NCBI GenBank assembly: GCA_963760575.1
Contig: CAVXEM010000004.1
Span: 8,299-72,298 of the forward strand
Direction: 5' to 3'
Length of the DNA: 64,000 bases
From: Bryobacterales bacterium
GTDB lineage: Bacteria > Acidobacteriota > Terriglobia > Bryobacterales > Bryobacteraceae
Position numbers and translations under genes: made by a program. The first letter of the stretch is position 1. The number at the start of each line of letters is the position of its first letter. Positions 19,801 through 28,205 of this stretch are shown in pieces. The notes beneath the pieces are model-generated. The model made no database searches. It saw only the letters and a list, made by a program, of their open reading frames with translations, and was not told the DNA's origin.

Positions 19801-19911
19801 CGGCAGAAACGTCAACACCGGCGGACGCACGTTCTTAAATGATAGCTTGCTTCGCGGAGGGCACTGGGATCCTGCTGCTACCATCGGTATGAGGCCCACG
19901 GAGCCTTCCAA
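16849..19911 (-). CDS. bamA: Outer membrane protein assembly factor BamA (POTRA repeats plus Omp85 barrel)
   Basis: ~1000 aa with multiple POTRA-like units. The barrel end reads ...FFAGGASSQRAF...LFHDMGNV...GFGIRYKTPVGPIRVDLSY...FQFHFSLGQTF. The true start may be internal: ATG at 19884, or GTG at 19830 giving VRPPVLTFLPLLLGAVAASG. Confidence 0.85.
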   Translation of the reverse strand: MEGSVGLIPMVAAGSQCPPRSKLSFKNVRPPVLTFLPLLLGAVAASGQTTQIAPAQNSQNLEGRTIQRIDFDPATQPLPRDELDRLLPLHAGGPLHQADVRQSLQKLFDTGRFADVTIDAEPMGDGVVLRVSTQFNYFVGGVTFEGVADPPNRNQLLTATKLELGAPFNESQLKQSVDNLQERLRANGLHRATIRYDLDRNPSTEEIGVRFQLNAGPRARFDGINLTGTFEQPADKIIRATRYRRGLLFIQFPGWSFATEERVQSGIERVRKDFQNQNRLQVKVTLDRLDYHDKTNTVTPTIMIDNGPLVEVQTTGAKVSQGKLRQLIPIFQERAVDRGLLLEGTRNLVDYFQSQGYFNAAVDFDEEAPTPGVQRITYAVTRNARHRLVGVEITGNRFFDTATVRERLAVREAGKLRNRYGRYSQKLRDNDRNAILDLYRSNGFRDVQVAATTLDDYRGRTDELGVRYEIEEGVQWTVSQLEIEGASPEDTARLREMIQSAAGQPFSEANIAADRDAILSYFFDNGYPDATFDWSQTPAGIPTHANLHYNIKPGERQFVRNVLVRGLETTRPSVVSSRILIRPGDPISQGRIGETQQRLYNLGIFSKVQTALQDPDGKEESKYVLFQLDEAAKYSFNVGIGAELARIGGGVENFDSPAGTTGFSPRVSAGISRLNFLGRARTLSLQTLASTLEQRGVLSYLMPEFTGNENLTLTVSGLFDRSHDVRTFAAQRMEGAIQLAQRLSRANSLQYRFAYRKVTVNSLEIQPLLVPLLSQPVRVGLLSMSYINDRRDNPTDSHRGIYNTVDVGIALPEFGSQTDYSRLVFRNSTYHPLSREVVLARTLQFGYIQRLGGLAQIPLGERFFAGGASSQRAFPDNQAGPRDAETGFPLGGNAFLFHSTELRFPLFGENVGGVLFHDMGNVYSSIDQVSFRFRQKDNQDFNYMVQSVGFGIRYKTPVGPIRVDLSYSPNAPRFVGFSGTRDDLLLCKPNAGIPPNPPFCVGVPQRINAFQFHFSLGQTF

Positions 19912-19918
19912 CTGTTTG

Positions 19919-20938
19919 ATGCGCCCCGCCGAATCCCGTTACTCACGCCAGATCCGCTTCGCTCCCTTGGGCGAAGCAGGCCAAGCCAAGATCCGCGCCG
20001 CCAGCGTCGCCATCGTCGGCTGCGGCGCGCTGGGAACCGTTCAGGCGGAAGCCCTGGCGCGCGCCGGCATCGGCCGCCTGCGCATCATCGACCGCGATTT
20101 CGTCGAATGGTCCAACTTGCAGCGCCAGTTCTTGTTTGAGGAAGCCGACGCCGCCGAAGCTCTTCCCAAAGCCGTAGCGGCAGCGCGCCGTCTGGCGCGG
20201 GTAAACTCTGAGGTCACGGTGGAACCCATGGTGGCCGATCTCACCGCCGCCAACGTCGAGGATTTGTTTGAGGATATCGACTTGATCCTCGATGGCACCG
20301 ATAATTTTGAGACCCGCTTTCTGATCAATGACGCGGCCATCGATCGGGAAATCCCCTGGATCTACGGCGCGGCAGTAGGCAGCTACGGAATCAAGCTGGC
20401 AATCGTCCCCGGCCACACCGCGTGTTTCCGTTGCGTCTATCCCGAACCACCGCAAGGCGCGCAACCCACCTGCGAAACCGAGGGCGTGCTCGCTCCTGTC
20501 ACGGCCGCCATCGCGTCGCTGCAAGTGGCTGATGCGCTGAAAATCCTGGCGTGCGGTATCGATTCCGTCGCCGCGCGGCTAACAACTGTCGACGTATGGA
20601 CCGGGACCATCCGGCAACTCGCTCCTCCCGCGCGCGATGCGCAGTGCCCGTGCTGTGTGCGCCGGGAGTTAGTGTATCTCGACGGCTCGCGCCGCGCCCC
20701 CATCAGCCTGTGCGGCCGCAATGCGGTGCAGATTCATGAACGCTCGCGCCCCGTCGATCTCCCTGCGCTAGCCCTACGCCTGGCTACAGTGGCGACGGTC
20801 CGCTCCAACGAATTCGCGTTGCGCGTAGCGCTCGATCCCTACGAACTCACCGTCTTCCCCGATGGCCGCGCCATCATCAAAGGCACCACCGACGTGGGAG
20901 TCGCCCGCAGCCTATACGCCCGCTACATAGGGGCGTAG
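19919..20938 (+). CDS. thiF: ThiF-type adenylyltransferase (E1-like, Bacillus-ThiF architecture)
   Basis: ...RYSRQIRFAPLGEAGQAKIRAASVAIVGCGALG...IDRDFVEWSNLQRQ...DGTDNFETRFLINDA...CFRC...CPCC.... The C-terminal tail reads ...VFPDGRAIIKGTTDVGVARSLYARYIG. Confidence 0.8.
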   Translation: MRPAESRYSRQIRFAPLGEAGQAKIRAASVAIVGCGALGTVQAEALARAGIGRLRIIDRDFVEWSNLQRQFLFEEADAAEALPKAVAAARRLARVNSEVTVEPMVADLTAANVEDLFEDIDLILDGTDNFETRFLINDAAIDREIPWIYGAAVGSYGIKLAIVPGHTACFRCVYPEPPQGAQPTCETEGVLAPVTAAIASLQVADALKILACGIDSVAARLTTVDVWTGTIRQLAPPARDAQCPCCVRRELVYLDGSRRAPISLCGRNAVQIHERSRPVDLPALALRLATVATVRSNEFALRVALDPYELTVFPDGRAIIKGTTDVGVARSLYARYIGA

Positions 20939-20986
20939 GTTTCATCCGACATCCGTTTCCCGTAGACCTGATCGATAGACAGGTAC

Positions 20987-23900
20987 ATGCGGTTATTAGG
21001 GTTGTTGTTGGCCGTCGCGCTGGAATTGGCAGGCGAGTCCGTTAGTCCGCTCTTCTTCATTCAAGACTCACCGGACCGTTACCTGATCCGGGTCCCCGGC
21101 ATGACAGCAGCCTTCACTCCCCAGGGCGCTGAGTTTCATACGGTTCAAACGACATTTCTCGGCGCCAACCAGGCACCGGACCTGCACGGTCTCGACCCCA
21201 TGGGCGACGCCAATTTCCTGGTGGGGCGAGACCCGAGCCATTGGCGCACCGGTTTGCCGACGTCGCAGAAGATTCTCTACTCCCATCTCTATCCAGGAAT
21301 CGATCTGCTCTATTCCGCTACAAAAGGGCGCGTCAAATCCGAGTTCCGAGTCGCGGCAGGCGCGCGCCCCGGTGATATTCGGGTCCATTATTCAGTCGAC
21401 CTCTCGATCGACGCGAGCGGTCGCTTGCACGCCGCCGGCTTGACGGAGGATGCTCCGGAAATCTACCAGGAAGCGCCCGCGGGCCGTGTCAGCGTGGCAG
21501 GACGCTACCGCCTGCTCGATGCGCGCACCGCCGGTTTCGAGGTAGACGCGTTCGACGCTTCGCTTCCGCTGGTAATCGATCCGGTGATCTCGTATGCAAC
21601 CTATATGGGCGGCACCGGACTGGGAGCCGTAACCGGAGTAGCGCTCGACAGCGCCGGCGATCTGTATGCGGCCGGCTGGACTGAAGCGCTGAACTTCCCC
21701 ATTGTCCTGGCCGCGCAAGCCGCGAGCGGAGGCAGTGTGGACGCCTTTATAGTGAAACTAAATCCCACCGGCACTGCCCTGCTCTACGCCACCTACATCG
21801 GGGGATCTGGCGACGACCGCGCCACGGCGATCGCGGTGAATGCGAGCGGTCAAGCCTACGTCACGGGATCGACGGCGTCCACCAACTTCCCCTTATTGTT
21901 GCCGCTGCGGACGACGCTGGGCGGCTCGAAGACGGCGTTCGTGTTGAAGTTGAGCACGACCGGCAATCAGCTGCTCTATAGCACGTACCTGGGAGGAACG
22001 AATCTCGAAGTAGGCACGGCAATTGCGGTTGATGGATCGGGAAATGCCTACATCGCAGGAGACACACAGTCCACAAACTTCCCGGTGGTCGGTGCATTCC
22101 AAGCGGCCCCCGGCGGCGGCATGGATGCGTTCGTCACCAAGCTGACTGCGGCCGGAGCGTTTTCGTACAGCACTTACCTGGGCGGCGCGGCGAATGAACA
22201 CGCGGGCGGGATCGCTGTGGATACGAACGGCAACGCATACATCGCCGGCGGAACGTTTTCGACCAACTTCCCGCTCGCCGGAGCGATCCAGACCACCAAC
22301 CGCGGCGGGCAGGACGCCTTCATCAGTAAGCTGAGCGCGAGCGGCGCGGTTCTTTCCTACAGCACCTATCTTGGCGGCAGCGGTGTGACCGAGCAGGCCA
22401 ATGGGATTGCGGTGGACTCGAGTGGCAATGCCTACCTGACGGGTGCCACCAACTCAGCGGATTTCCCGGTTACCGTCGGGGGGCTGCAAAGTCAGTTCCG
22501 GGGCGTTGCGGACGCGTTCGTGACGAAAGTCAATCCGGCTGGCAGCGCTTTGATCTACAGTACCTACCTGGGAGGCACCGATTTTGAGGCGGCCTGGGGA
22601 ATCGGTATCGACAGCAGCGGCAATGCCTATGTGGCCGGGTCCACTTTGTCTGTAGATTTTCCCCAGACCAATGCCGTACAGGCAGCATTCGGCGGATTCT
22701 CCGATGCTTTCGTTTCGAAATTGAATGCCGCGGGGAACGCCTTGGGTTTCTCGACTTGGTTTGGAGGCAGCGGGACGGAAGTCGCCAATGCTCTCGCTGT
22801 CGACGGGAGCGGCAACATGTTTCTGGGCGGGCAGACCAATTCCGCGAACCTGCCGCTGGTGGGCCCAATCCAATCCTCGAACACCGGAGGCAGCACGGGC
22901 TGGCTGGCGCGGCTGGGAGTGACTGCACCGCCGCCGCAGATGCCCGCCGCGGTATCGGTGACGCCCGCGTCCGGCAGCGGAAATTCTGTCGTGTTCTCTG
23001 CGCAGTTCACCGATACCGGCGGGGCAGCGGCGCTGACTACTGTGTCGTTGCTGGTCGGCACCAGTGCGTCCACCGGACTCACCTGCTACGTCACTTATAA
23101 CTCCGCGGGAGGCGTTCTCAATCTGGCCAACGACAACCCCGCCACGGGATCGCAGGTAGTGACTTTCGGCGGCGGCGCCCAGCAGAACAGCCAGTGCATT
23201 GTGAACGGCGCCGGCAGTTCCGTTAGCCTCGCGGGCAGCACCTTGACCCTCAATCTCTCCCTCACCTTCCTCCCCGGATTCGCCGGTACTAAGACCACCT
23301 ATCTGTACGCCGCCGACGCCGGCGCCAACACCGGCTGGGTCGCACGCGGAGCCTGGACGGTCGTCATCCCGCCGCCCCAACCTTCGGCCGATTCGGTATC
23401 GCCCAACGGATCGAGCGGCGGCAGCCAGACCTTCACCTTCGTCTTCTCCGACAATCAGAGCGCCACCAATCTGATCGGCATGGCCATGCTCTTCAGCACC
23501 ACCAGCGCCAGCGTCACCAACTCCTGCGACATCGTCTACGACCGCAACGCCGGAACCGTAGCGCTCATCTGGGATAGCGGCGCTGGGTCCGATCAGAAAG
23601 CGCTTGGCTCCCCCGTAGTCTTGAAAAACAGCCAGTGCCAGGTAGGCGCCGTAACCGCCGCCGCTTCTGGGCTCTCGCAGATCCTCACCCTCTCCATCAC
23701 CTTCACAGCAGCCTTCAGTGGGACCAAGAACATTTACATGTACGGTTCCGATGCCGGCTTGAACACGGGATGGGTGCTGCGCGGCACCTATCTGGTGGCC
23801 GCCGGCGGGCTGCCCGTGGCAAATTCGGTGGTCCCCGCCAGCGGCTCGGGTCCTGCACAGCGCTTCAGCTTCACGGCCTCCGATCAAGGAGGCTCCGGCT

Positions 23901-24670
23901 TCATCACCGGCATGGCCATGCTGCTGTCTACATCGCTTAGCACCAGCAACGCCTGCAGCATGGTGTATGACCGCACGCGTAATGTGGTCTCGCTGGCCTT
24001 CGACAACCCCGCAAATGGGGCAGCTTCGGTGACGCCGGGCTCGCCTACCATCGTTTCCAATGCGCAGTGCAGCTTGAACGGAGCGAACACAACGGTGGTG
24101 ATCGGCGTCACCTCCGTCGTAGTCACAGTGGACCTGACCTTCAATGCGAATTGGTTCGGCGCGAAGAATACTTACCTGCTGGCGTCGGAAACCATCGTCA
24201 ACTCGGGCTTCGTCCCTGTCGGCAGTTGGACCGTCACAGGAGGCGCGCCCACCGCCGATTCCGTATCCCCGGCATCGGGAACCGGCACGTCCCCCAACTT
24301 CACCTTCACCGTGAGCGATTCGACATCGCAATTGAACATCACCGGCATGTCCATGCTGATCACCTCCGGCGCGCCCACGACCCTGGCCAACGCTTGCTAT
24401 CTGGTCTACAACCGCGTCACCGCGACTATCGGCCTCTATAATGACGCCGGTACCGTACTCAGCACCAAACCGATCGGCTCCTCCGCGAATCTATTCAATA
24501 CCCAGTGCGCCGTGGGATTCACGGTGATGGTCAACTCCGGCAATTCCGTCTCTTTCACTATCAACACTGTGTTCCTCACTTTCAGCGGAGCCAAGAGCGT
24601 CTACCTGCAGGCCAACGAGCCCAACACCAACTCCGGGTGGGTGCAGCGGGGCGCCTGGACGGTACCATGA
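20987..24670 (+). CDS. Giant exported protein: SBBP beta-propeller repeats followed by four ~145-aa tandem domains
   Basis: Signal peptide MRLLGLLLAVALELAG. There are at least 9 repeats of the pattern YSTYLGG.....A.GIAVD.SGNAY..G.T.S.NFP......Q.......DAFV.KL, which is the SBBP repeat pattern. A repeated Cys-containing domain follows. Confidence 0.75.
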   Translation: MRLLGLLLAVALELAGESVSPLFFIQDSPDRYLIRVPGMTAAFTPQGAEFHTVQTTFLGANQAPDLHGLDPMGDANFLVGRDPSHWRTGLPTSQKILYSHLYPGIDLLYSATKGRVKSEFRVAAGARPGDIRVHYSVDLSIDASGRLHAAGLTEDAPEIYQEAPAGRVSVAGRYRLLDARTAGFEVDAFDASLPLVIDPVISYATYMGGTGLGAVTGVALDSAGDLYAAGWTEALNFPIVLAAQAASGGSVDAFIVKLNPTGTALLYATYIGGSGDDRATAIAVNASGQAYVTGSTASTNFPLLLPLRTTLGGSKTAFVLKLSTTGNQLLYSTYLGGTNLEVGTAIAVDGSGNAYIAGDTQSTNFPVVGAFQAAPGGGMDAFVTKLTAAGAFSYSTYLGGAANEHAGGIAVDTNGNAYIAGGTFSTNFPLAGAIQTTNRGGQDAFISKLSASGAVLSYSTYLGGSGVTEQANGIAVDSSGNAYLTGATNSADFPVTVGGLQSQFRGVADAFVTKVNPAGSALIYSTYLGGTDFEAAWGIGIDSSGNAYVAGSTLSVDFPQTNAVQAAFGGFSDAFVSKLNAAGNALGFSTWFGGSGTEVANALAVDGSGNMFLGGQTNSANLPLVGPIQSSNTGGSTGWLARLGVTAPPPQMPAAVSVTPASGSGNSVVFSAQFTDTGGAAALTTVSLLVGTSASTGLTCYVTYNSAGGVLNLANDNPATGSQVVTFGGGAQQNSQCIVNGAGSSVSLAGSTLTLNLSLTFLPGFAGTKTTYLYAADAGANTGWVARGAWTVVIPPPQPSADSVSPNGSSGGSQTFTFVFSDNQSATNLIGMAMLFSTTSASVTNSCDIVYDRNAGTVALIWDSGAGSDQKALGSPVVLKNSQCQVGAVTAAASGLSQILTLSITFTAAFSGTKNIYMYGSDAGLNTGWVLRGTYLVAAGGLPVANSVVPASGSGPAQRFSFTASDQGGSGFITGMAMLLSTSLSTSNACSMVYDRTRNVVSLAFDNPANGAASVTPGSPTIVSNAQCSLNGANTTVVIGVTSVVVTVDLTFNANWFGAKNTYLLASETIVNSGFVPVGSWTVTGGAPTADSVSPASGTGTSPNFTFTVSDSTSQLNITGMSMLITSGAPTTLANACYLVYNRVTATIGLYNDAGTVLSTKPIGSSANLFNTQCAVGFTVMVNSGNSVSFTINTVFLTFSGAKSVYLQANEPNTNSGWVQRGAWTVP
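22925..24667 (+). repeat. Four in-frame tandem copies (~435 nt / ~145 aa each) of an uncharacterised domain inside the giant protein
   Basis: Units start near 22925, 23362, 23795 and 24233. Each reads ..P.ADSVSP.SGSG..Q.F.F..SD..G...I.GM.ML.....S....C.(V/I)VY.R....V.L..D..........P.......NSQC.......SG....(L/V)......F...F.G.K..Y(L/M)......NTGW(V)..G.W.V. Confidence 0.7.
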
Positions 24671-24676
24671 AGACAC

Positions 24677-24943
24677 ATGTCCGTCTACGAAGACCGCAAA
24701 CAAGCTCTCGAAGAGTACGAGTTCCGCATGGGCCTGGAACGCGGCCGCCTGGCGGTGACGCTGGACCTGCTCACCGACGCCCTAGTGCTGGTCGGCCAGC
24801 ACGGAGTCTACTGCCAGAGCGCCCGCCAGCCCGGAAAACCGGCCATGGACGTGCAGATCATCAGCCAGTGCCTGACCGGCGCCAAAGAGCTGATCACCAC
24901 CGTCATGACCGAAATCCAGCGCAAGAAATCAGAGGCTTTGTAG
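24677..24943 (+). CDS. Hypothetical small protein (88 aa)
   Basis: ATG lies 7 nt after the giant-protein stop. The sequence looks helical and has no recognisable motif. Its 3' end overlaps the convergent MBL gene by 15 nt. Confidence 0.35.
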   Translation: MSVYEDRKQALEEYEFRMGLERGRLAVTLDLLTDALVLVGQHGVYCQSARQPGKPAMDVQIISQCLTGAKELITTVMTEIQRKKSEAL

Positions 24944-25561
24944 AAACGGATTGCGCTCTTTTTCGCGGCCAATGGTAGTGTTCGCGCCGTGCCCGGGGAC
25001 CACCACGGTTTCCTCGGGCAGCTTCAGCAGCTTGTCCTCAATCGAGCGCAGAATCTGCCGCGGATTGCCGCCCGGCAGATCCGTGCGCCCGATACTGTCG
25101 CGAAACAAAGTATCGCCCGCGATCAATTTGTTCTCCGCCGGAATCCACAGGGAAATGCTGCCCTGCGTGTGGCCGGGCGTGTGCAGCACGCGGAATTCAG
25201 CCGGGCCCAGCGTGAGCACGTCGCCGTCGCGGGCCGCATCGTCGATGGCGGTTTGCGCAGGTGGCTCCATGCCCAGCCAGGACGCCTGTACGTCCAGGTG
25301 ATCGTAAAGCTCCTGGTCGTTAGCATTCATAAGAACCGGCGCGCCGGTGGCGGCTTTCAGCTTGGCGGCCCCTCCAATGTGATCGATGTGCGCGTGCGTG
25401 ATCACAATGGTCTTCACGCGCAGCGCATGCCTCTCCAGAATCGCCAGAATCTCGTCGATGTTGTCGCCGGGATCGATCACAATGGCTTCGTGCGATTGCT
25501 CGTCGCCGAAGATCGAGCAATTGCATTGCAGCATGCCCACCGGCAGGATTTCATGGATCAT
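24929..25561 (-). CDS. MBL-fold metallo-hydrolase (glyoxalase II-like)
   Basis: Start is MIHEILPVGMLQCNCSIF at 25561. Motifs present: ITHAHIDHIGG, ...HTPGHTQGS...GDTLF...GRTDL...VVPGHG. The upstream part of the track ORF is GC-shadow. Confidence 0.85.
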   Translation of the reverse strand: MIHEILPVGMLQCNCSIFGDEQSHEAIVIDPGDNIDEILAILERHALRVKTIVITHAHIDHIGGAAKLKAATGAPVLMNANDQELYDHLDVQASWLGMEPPAQTAIDDAARDGDVLTLGPAEFRVLHTPGHTQGSISLWIPAENKLIAGDTLFRDSIGRTDLPGGNPRQILRSIEDKLLKLPEETVVVPGHGANTTIGREKERNPFLQSL

Positions 25562-25587
25562 TTTTCGCCTCAGTATACAGTAGAAGT

Positions 25588-26493
25588 ATGGATGGATTAC
25601 GCGAAAGCGCTGCTTGGCTGGACCTATCCGCGCGCGGCAAGATTCGCGTGACCGGCGAGGACCGCGCGCGCCTGCTGCACGCCATGACCACACAGGACGT
25701 GCAATCGTTAACTCCCGGTCAAGGCTGTTACGCCTTCTTCCTGAACGCGCAAGGCCGCATTTTGGGCGACGTCAACATTTTCTGCCGCGAAGATTCCTTC
25801 CTGCTCGACACCGAGCCCGAAACGCGCCAGAAACTGTTCGACCACATCGAACGCTACATCATCGCCGACGACGTCACCCTGGAAGACGTGACCGGAGAGA
25901 TGTCCACCATCGCCATCGAAGGCCCGCAATCTGCGGCAGTCCTGGAGCGCCTAGGTGCACCCTTGCCCGAAGCAGACTACGCGGCACGGTCCTGGAACGA
26001 AGCAATCGTTGCACGAGTGAGTTCAACCGGCTCGAGCGGGTACTTCATCTTCCTACCACCAGCCAAGAAACGCGACCTGATCGCTGTCCTCAAGATCTTG
26101 GAAGCCACGCCCGAAGACGCACGCACAGTCCGCATTGAACACGGGAAACCGCGCTATGGCGAAGAAATCACCGAGCGCTATCTCGTCCAGGAAACGGGGC
26201 AACTACACGCAGTCAGTTTTAGCAAAGGCTGCTATCTAGGACAGGAAATCGTTGAACGAGTCCGCAGCCGTGCGCAGATTCATCGAGTCCTGCGGCGCCT
26301 CGCCATCGATGCCACGGAGCCGCCACCCGCCGGCGCAAAGTTAAAATCCGGCGACGCCGACTCCGCCGAAATCGCTAGCGCCGTCTACTCGCCGGCCCTT
26401 GGGAAAGTGGCCGCCTTGGCCTACGTGCGCACCCAGTTCGCCGAGCCTGGCACCGAGATGCGCCTAGCGGACGCGCGCGTGGTCGTGCTCTAA
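25588..26493 (+). CDS. ygfZ: Folate-binding YgfZ/GcvT-family protein
   Basis: ...LDLSARGKIRVTGEDRARLLHAMTTQDV...GCYAFFLNAQGRIL... plus the signature KGCYLGQEIVERV. Confidence 0.75.
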   Translation: MDGLRESAAWLDLSARGKIRVTGEDRARLLHAMTTQDVQSLTPGQGCYAFFLNAQGRILGDVNIFCREDSFLLDTEPETRQKLFDHIERYIIADDVTLEDVTGEMSTIAIEGPQSAAVLERLGAPLPEADYAARSWNEAIVARVSSTGSSGYFIFLPPAKKRDLIAVLKILEATPEDARTVRIEHGKPRYGEEITERYLVQETGQLHAVSFSKGCYLGQEIVERVRSRAQIHRVLRRLAIDATEPPPAGAKLKSGDADSAEIASAVYSPALGKVAALAYVRTQFAEPGTEMRLADARVVVL

Positions 26494-27117
26494 GCGCGGA
26501 TTCACGGTATCCCGCGCATCTTCGACCGGGAACACGTAAGTCTCGCCCGCCATGTTGATGATCAGCTTTCCGGTTCCCAGAGGCTTGCCCTGGTTGGGGT
26601 AAAACACCGCACCATCCGTCGATTGCCCCGGCGCAAGTTTGGTGGTGACCAGCGCGATCGCCGAAGCCGCCGCCGCAGCCTTCAGTTTCGACGACCCCAG
26701 ATCGGCAAACGCATTCTGGCGGCGCGTCTCATAGCCGTTGGTCGAATGAATCTGTGCATTGTTGAACAGGCTGGCTTCGTAAGCGGCGATCAGCTTGATC
26801 ACGTCGCCGCGCTTGGCCTTTTCGCTCAAGGTATTCACCACGGTTCTGGCCGCTAGGGCTTGGATGGTCTGGCCATCGGGTTTCTCAAAGTTGCAGTCCT
26901 GGGGCTTGATGGTCCAAGAAATCGAGGAGCCGTTAGAGATCGCCACCTGCACAATGGCGTAATCGCGGATGTGCATGGGCAGCAGCGAAAACATGACAGT
27001 CACCCCGCCACGCGTCATCGCCTTGTACTTCAGCCCCGCGGATTCGAAATCGATGATCGCCTGGGCGCTCCCCGCGACACTCAGCATCGCAGTCAACAGC
27101 AGCGCACGCAGGATCAT
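26464..27117 (-). CDS. Exported hypothetical protein
   Basis: Start is MILRALLLTAMLSVAGSAQA at 27117. There are no recognisable motifs. The track ORF extends upstream through the intergenic repeat block and is not credible there. Confidence 0.5.
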   Translation of the reverse strand: MILRALLLTAMLSVAGSAQAIIDFESAGLKYKAMTRGGVTVMFSLLPMHIRDYAIVQVAISNGSSISWTIKPQDCNFEKPDGQTIQALAARTVVNTLSEKAKRGDVIKLIAAYEASLFNNAQIHSTNGYETRRQNAFADLGSSKLKAAAAASAIALVTTKLAPGQSTDGAVFYPNQGKPLGTGKLIINMAGETYVFPVEDARDTVNPRLEHDHARVR

Positions 27118-27160
27118 CACGCTTCCATGATATGACGTCCCGCTTTGCAACGTAATTTGC

Positions 27161-27356
27161 GAGCCGCTTGCTGTCGCGCGCGGTTCTGTGGTCCGCGTAC
27201 CGCGGCGCCCGGTGTGCTCGCCAACCCTGCGCTGGGTCCCCTTGTTGCAGCGCGCGGTTGTGCTCGCCAACCCTGGGCTCAGTCCGCTTGCTGTCGCGTG
27301 CGGTTCAGTGCTCGGCAACCCTGGCACAGAACCGCGACCGCAGGGAGCGGACCCGC
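27161..27356. repeat. Intergenic block of imperfect ~47-nt tandem repeats ending in a long imperfect hairpin (REP-like element)
   Basis: Units begin at 27214, 27260 and 27308, each with GTGCTCG(C/G)CAACCCTG.... The sub-motif CCGCTTGCTGTCGCG(C/T)GCGGTTC occurs at 27164 and 27284. An inverted, diverged copy (GAACCGCGACCGCAGGGAGCGGAC, 27329-27352) pairs with 27282-27306. Confidence 0.7.
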
Positions 27357-28123
27357 TAAGGTTTCTTGAAATACCACAGCCAAAAATACTGGGTATCCGC
27401 GCCGTGCCGGTAGCGCGGCTCGAAGCCGTTGCGCTCGGCCATCGCGCAAGCTTCCTGATCGGAAAACGAAACGCCGTTCCAAGTGTCATCTGGCCGGTTC
27501 TCCAGCGGAAACCCCTGCACTTGAAACTTGAACAACGCGCCCGGCCGCAGCAGCCGGTGGACTTCGCCCACATAGCTCTCGATCACCTCGCGGCTGGGAA
27601 TATGCTGGAAAACGATGTTGGAATAGGCAAAGTCAAACTCGCGCTTCCAACCAGCGGGCGCTATCCGGCCCAACCAGCGCGGCAGCCGGAACGCTTTCCC
27701 CTGCGGACTCCGCGCGAACGACGGCACCACCGCCAGGTCGTAGCCATTGTTCTGATAGACGTGGGCGTTAGGCTTGTCAGCCAGCGCCTGCCGCGCATGA
27801 GCAATCATTTCGCCGCTGACATCCACCGCGTGCACTTCGCCGAACAGGTTCGCCAGCGCCCGAGTGAGGCGCCCGGCACCGCAGCCAATCTCCAGAACCC
27901 GCATGTCCTTGGGGTCTTTGCCCTGACAGATATTGATCATGTCCGTGAGGATGTCATCGGCAATGGCCTGCTCGCCGGAGGCAAAGAATTCTTCGTCGGA
28001 CCAATTGGTGTTGCCGGTGGCAACGTAATAGCGGGCGTTTTCACGCGCGCGCTGGTCCCAATCACGCTGCATTTTTTCGAGCTGCTGGGTCCGGGATAAG
28101 GATTCGGAACGTCCGAAGTTCAC
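27356..28123 (-). CDS. Class I SAM-dependent methyltransferase
   Basis: SAM motif I VLEIGCGAGRLT, then ...VHAVDVSGEMI...FDFAYSNIVFQHIP...LRPGALF. Confidence 0.85.
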   Translation of the reverse strand: MNFGRSESLSRTQQLEKMQRDWDQRARENARYYVATGNTNWSDEEFFASGEQAIADDILTDMINICQGKDPKDMRVLEIGCGAGRLTRALANLFGEVHAVDVSGEMIAHARQALADKPNAHVYQNNGYDLAVVPSFARSPQGKAFRLPRWLGRIAPAGWKREFDFAYSNIVFQHIPSREVIESYVGEVHRLLRPGALFKFQVQGFPLENRPDDTWNGVSFSDQEACAMAERNGFEPRYRHGADTQYFWLWYFKKP

Positions 28124-28156
28124 TCTTTCATAATATGCCGAATGCTTTAGCAGGGG

Positions 28157-28185
28157 CCCGGCCGGACCTCCGAAGTCCGGCCGGG
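28157..28185 (-). terminator. Perfect 11-bp GC-rich hairpin downstream of the 28206 gene (possible terminator, no U-tract)
   Basis: CCCGGCCGGAC-CTCCGAA-GTCCGGCCGGG, located 21 nt past the stop of the minus-strand gene at 28206. No T-run follows on either strand. Confidence 0.35.
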
Positions 28186-28205
28186 TGTTGAAGGGATCAG
28201 GGGGG

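Noticed and set aside
19919-20938. E1-like ThiF protein as part of a ubiquitin-like, CBASS or other defence system
   Set aside because: Its full-length architecture, including the ...DGRAIIKGT.D...A..LY..YIG tail, matches ordinary thiamine-pathway ThiF. No E2, JAB, cyclase or effector genes lie nearby; its neighbours are bamA and a surface protein.
24600-24670. PEP-CTERM or other sorting signal at the end of the giant SBBP protein
   Set aside because: The C-terminus (...NSGWVQRGAWTVP*) is just the end of the fourth repeat. It has no PEP motif, TM helix or basic tail.
26464-26493. The 30-nt convergent overlap of ygfZ and the 26464 gene as a sign of another frameshift
   Set aside because: I see no alternative frame with a better continuation. 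Short convergent overlaps are common in this window (1570-1573, 31000-31011, 49586-49609).
27161-27356. Possible CRISPR array
   Set aside because: The repeats are contiguous, imperfect and of variable length, with no unique spacers of regular size. No cas genes are present in the window.
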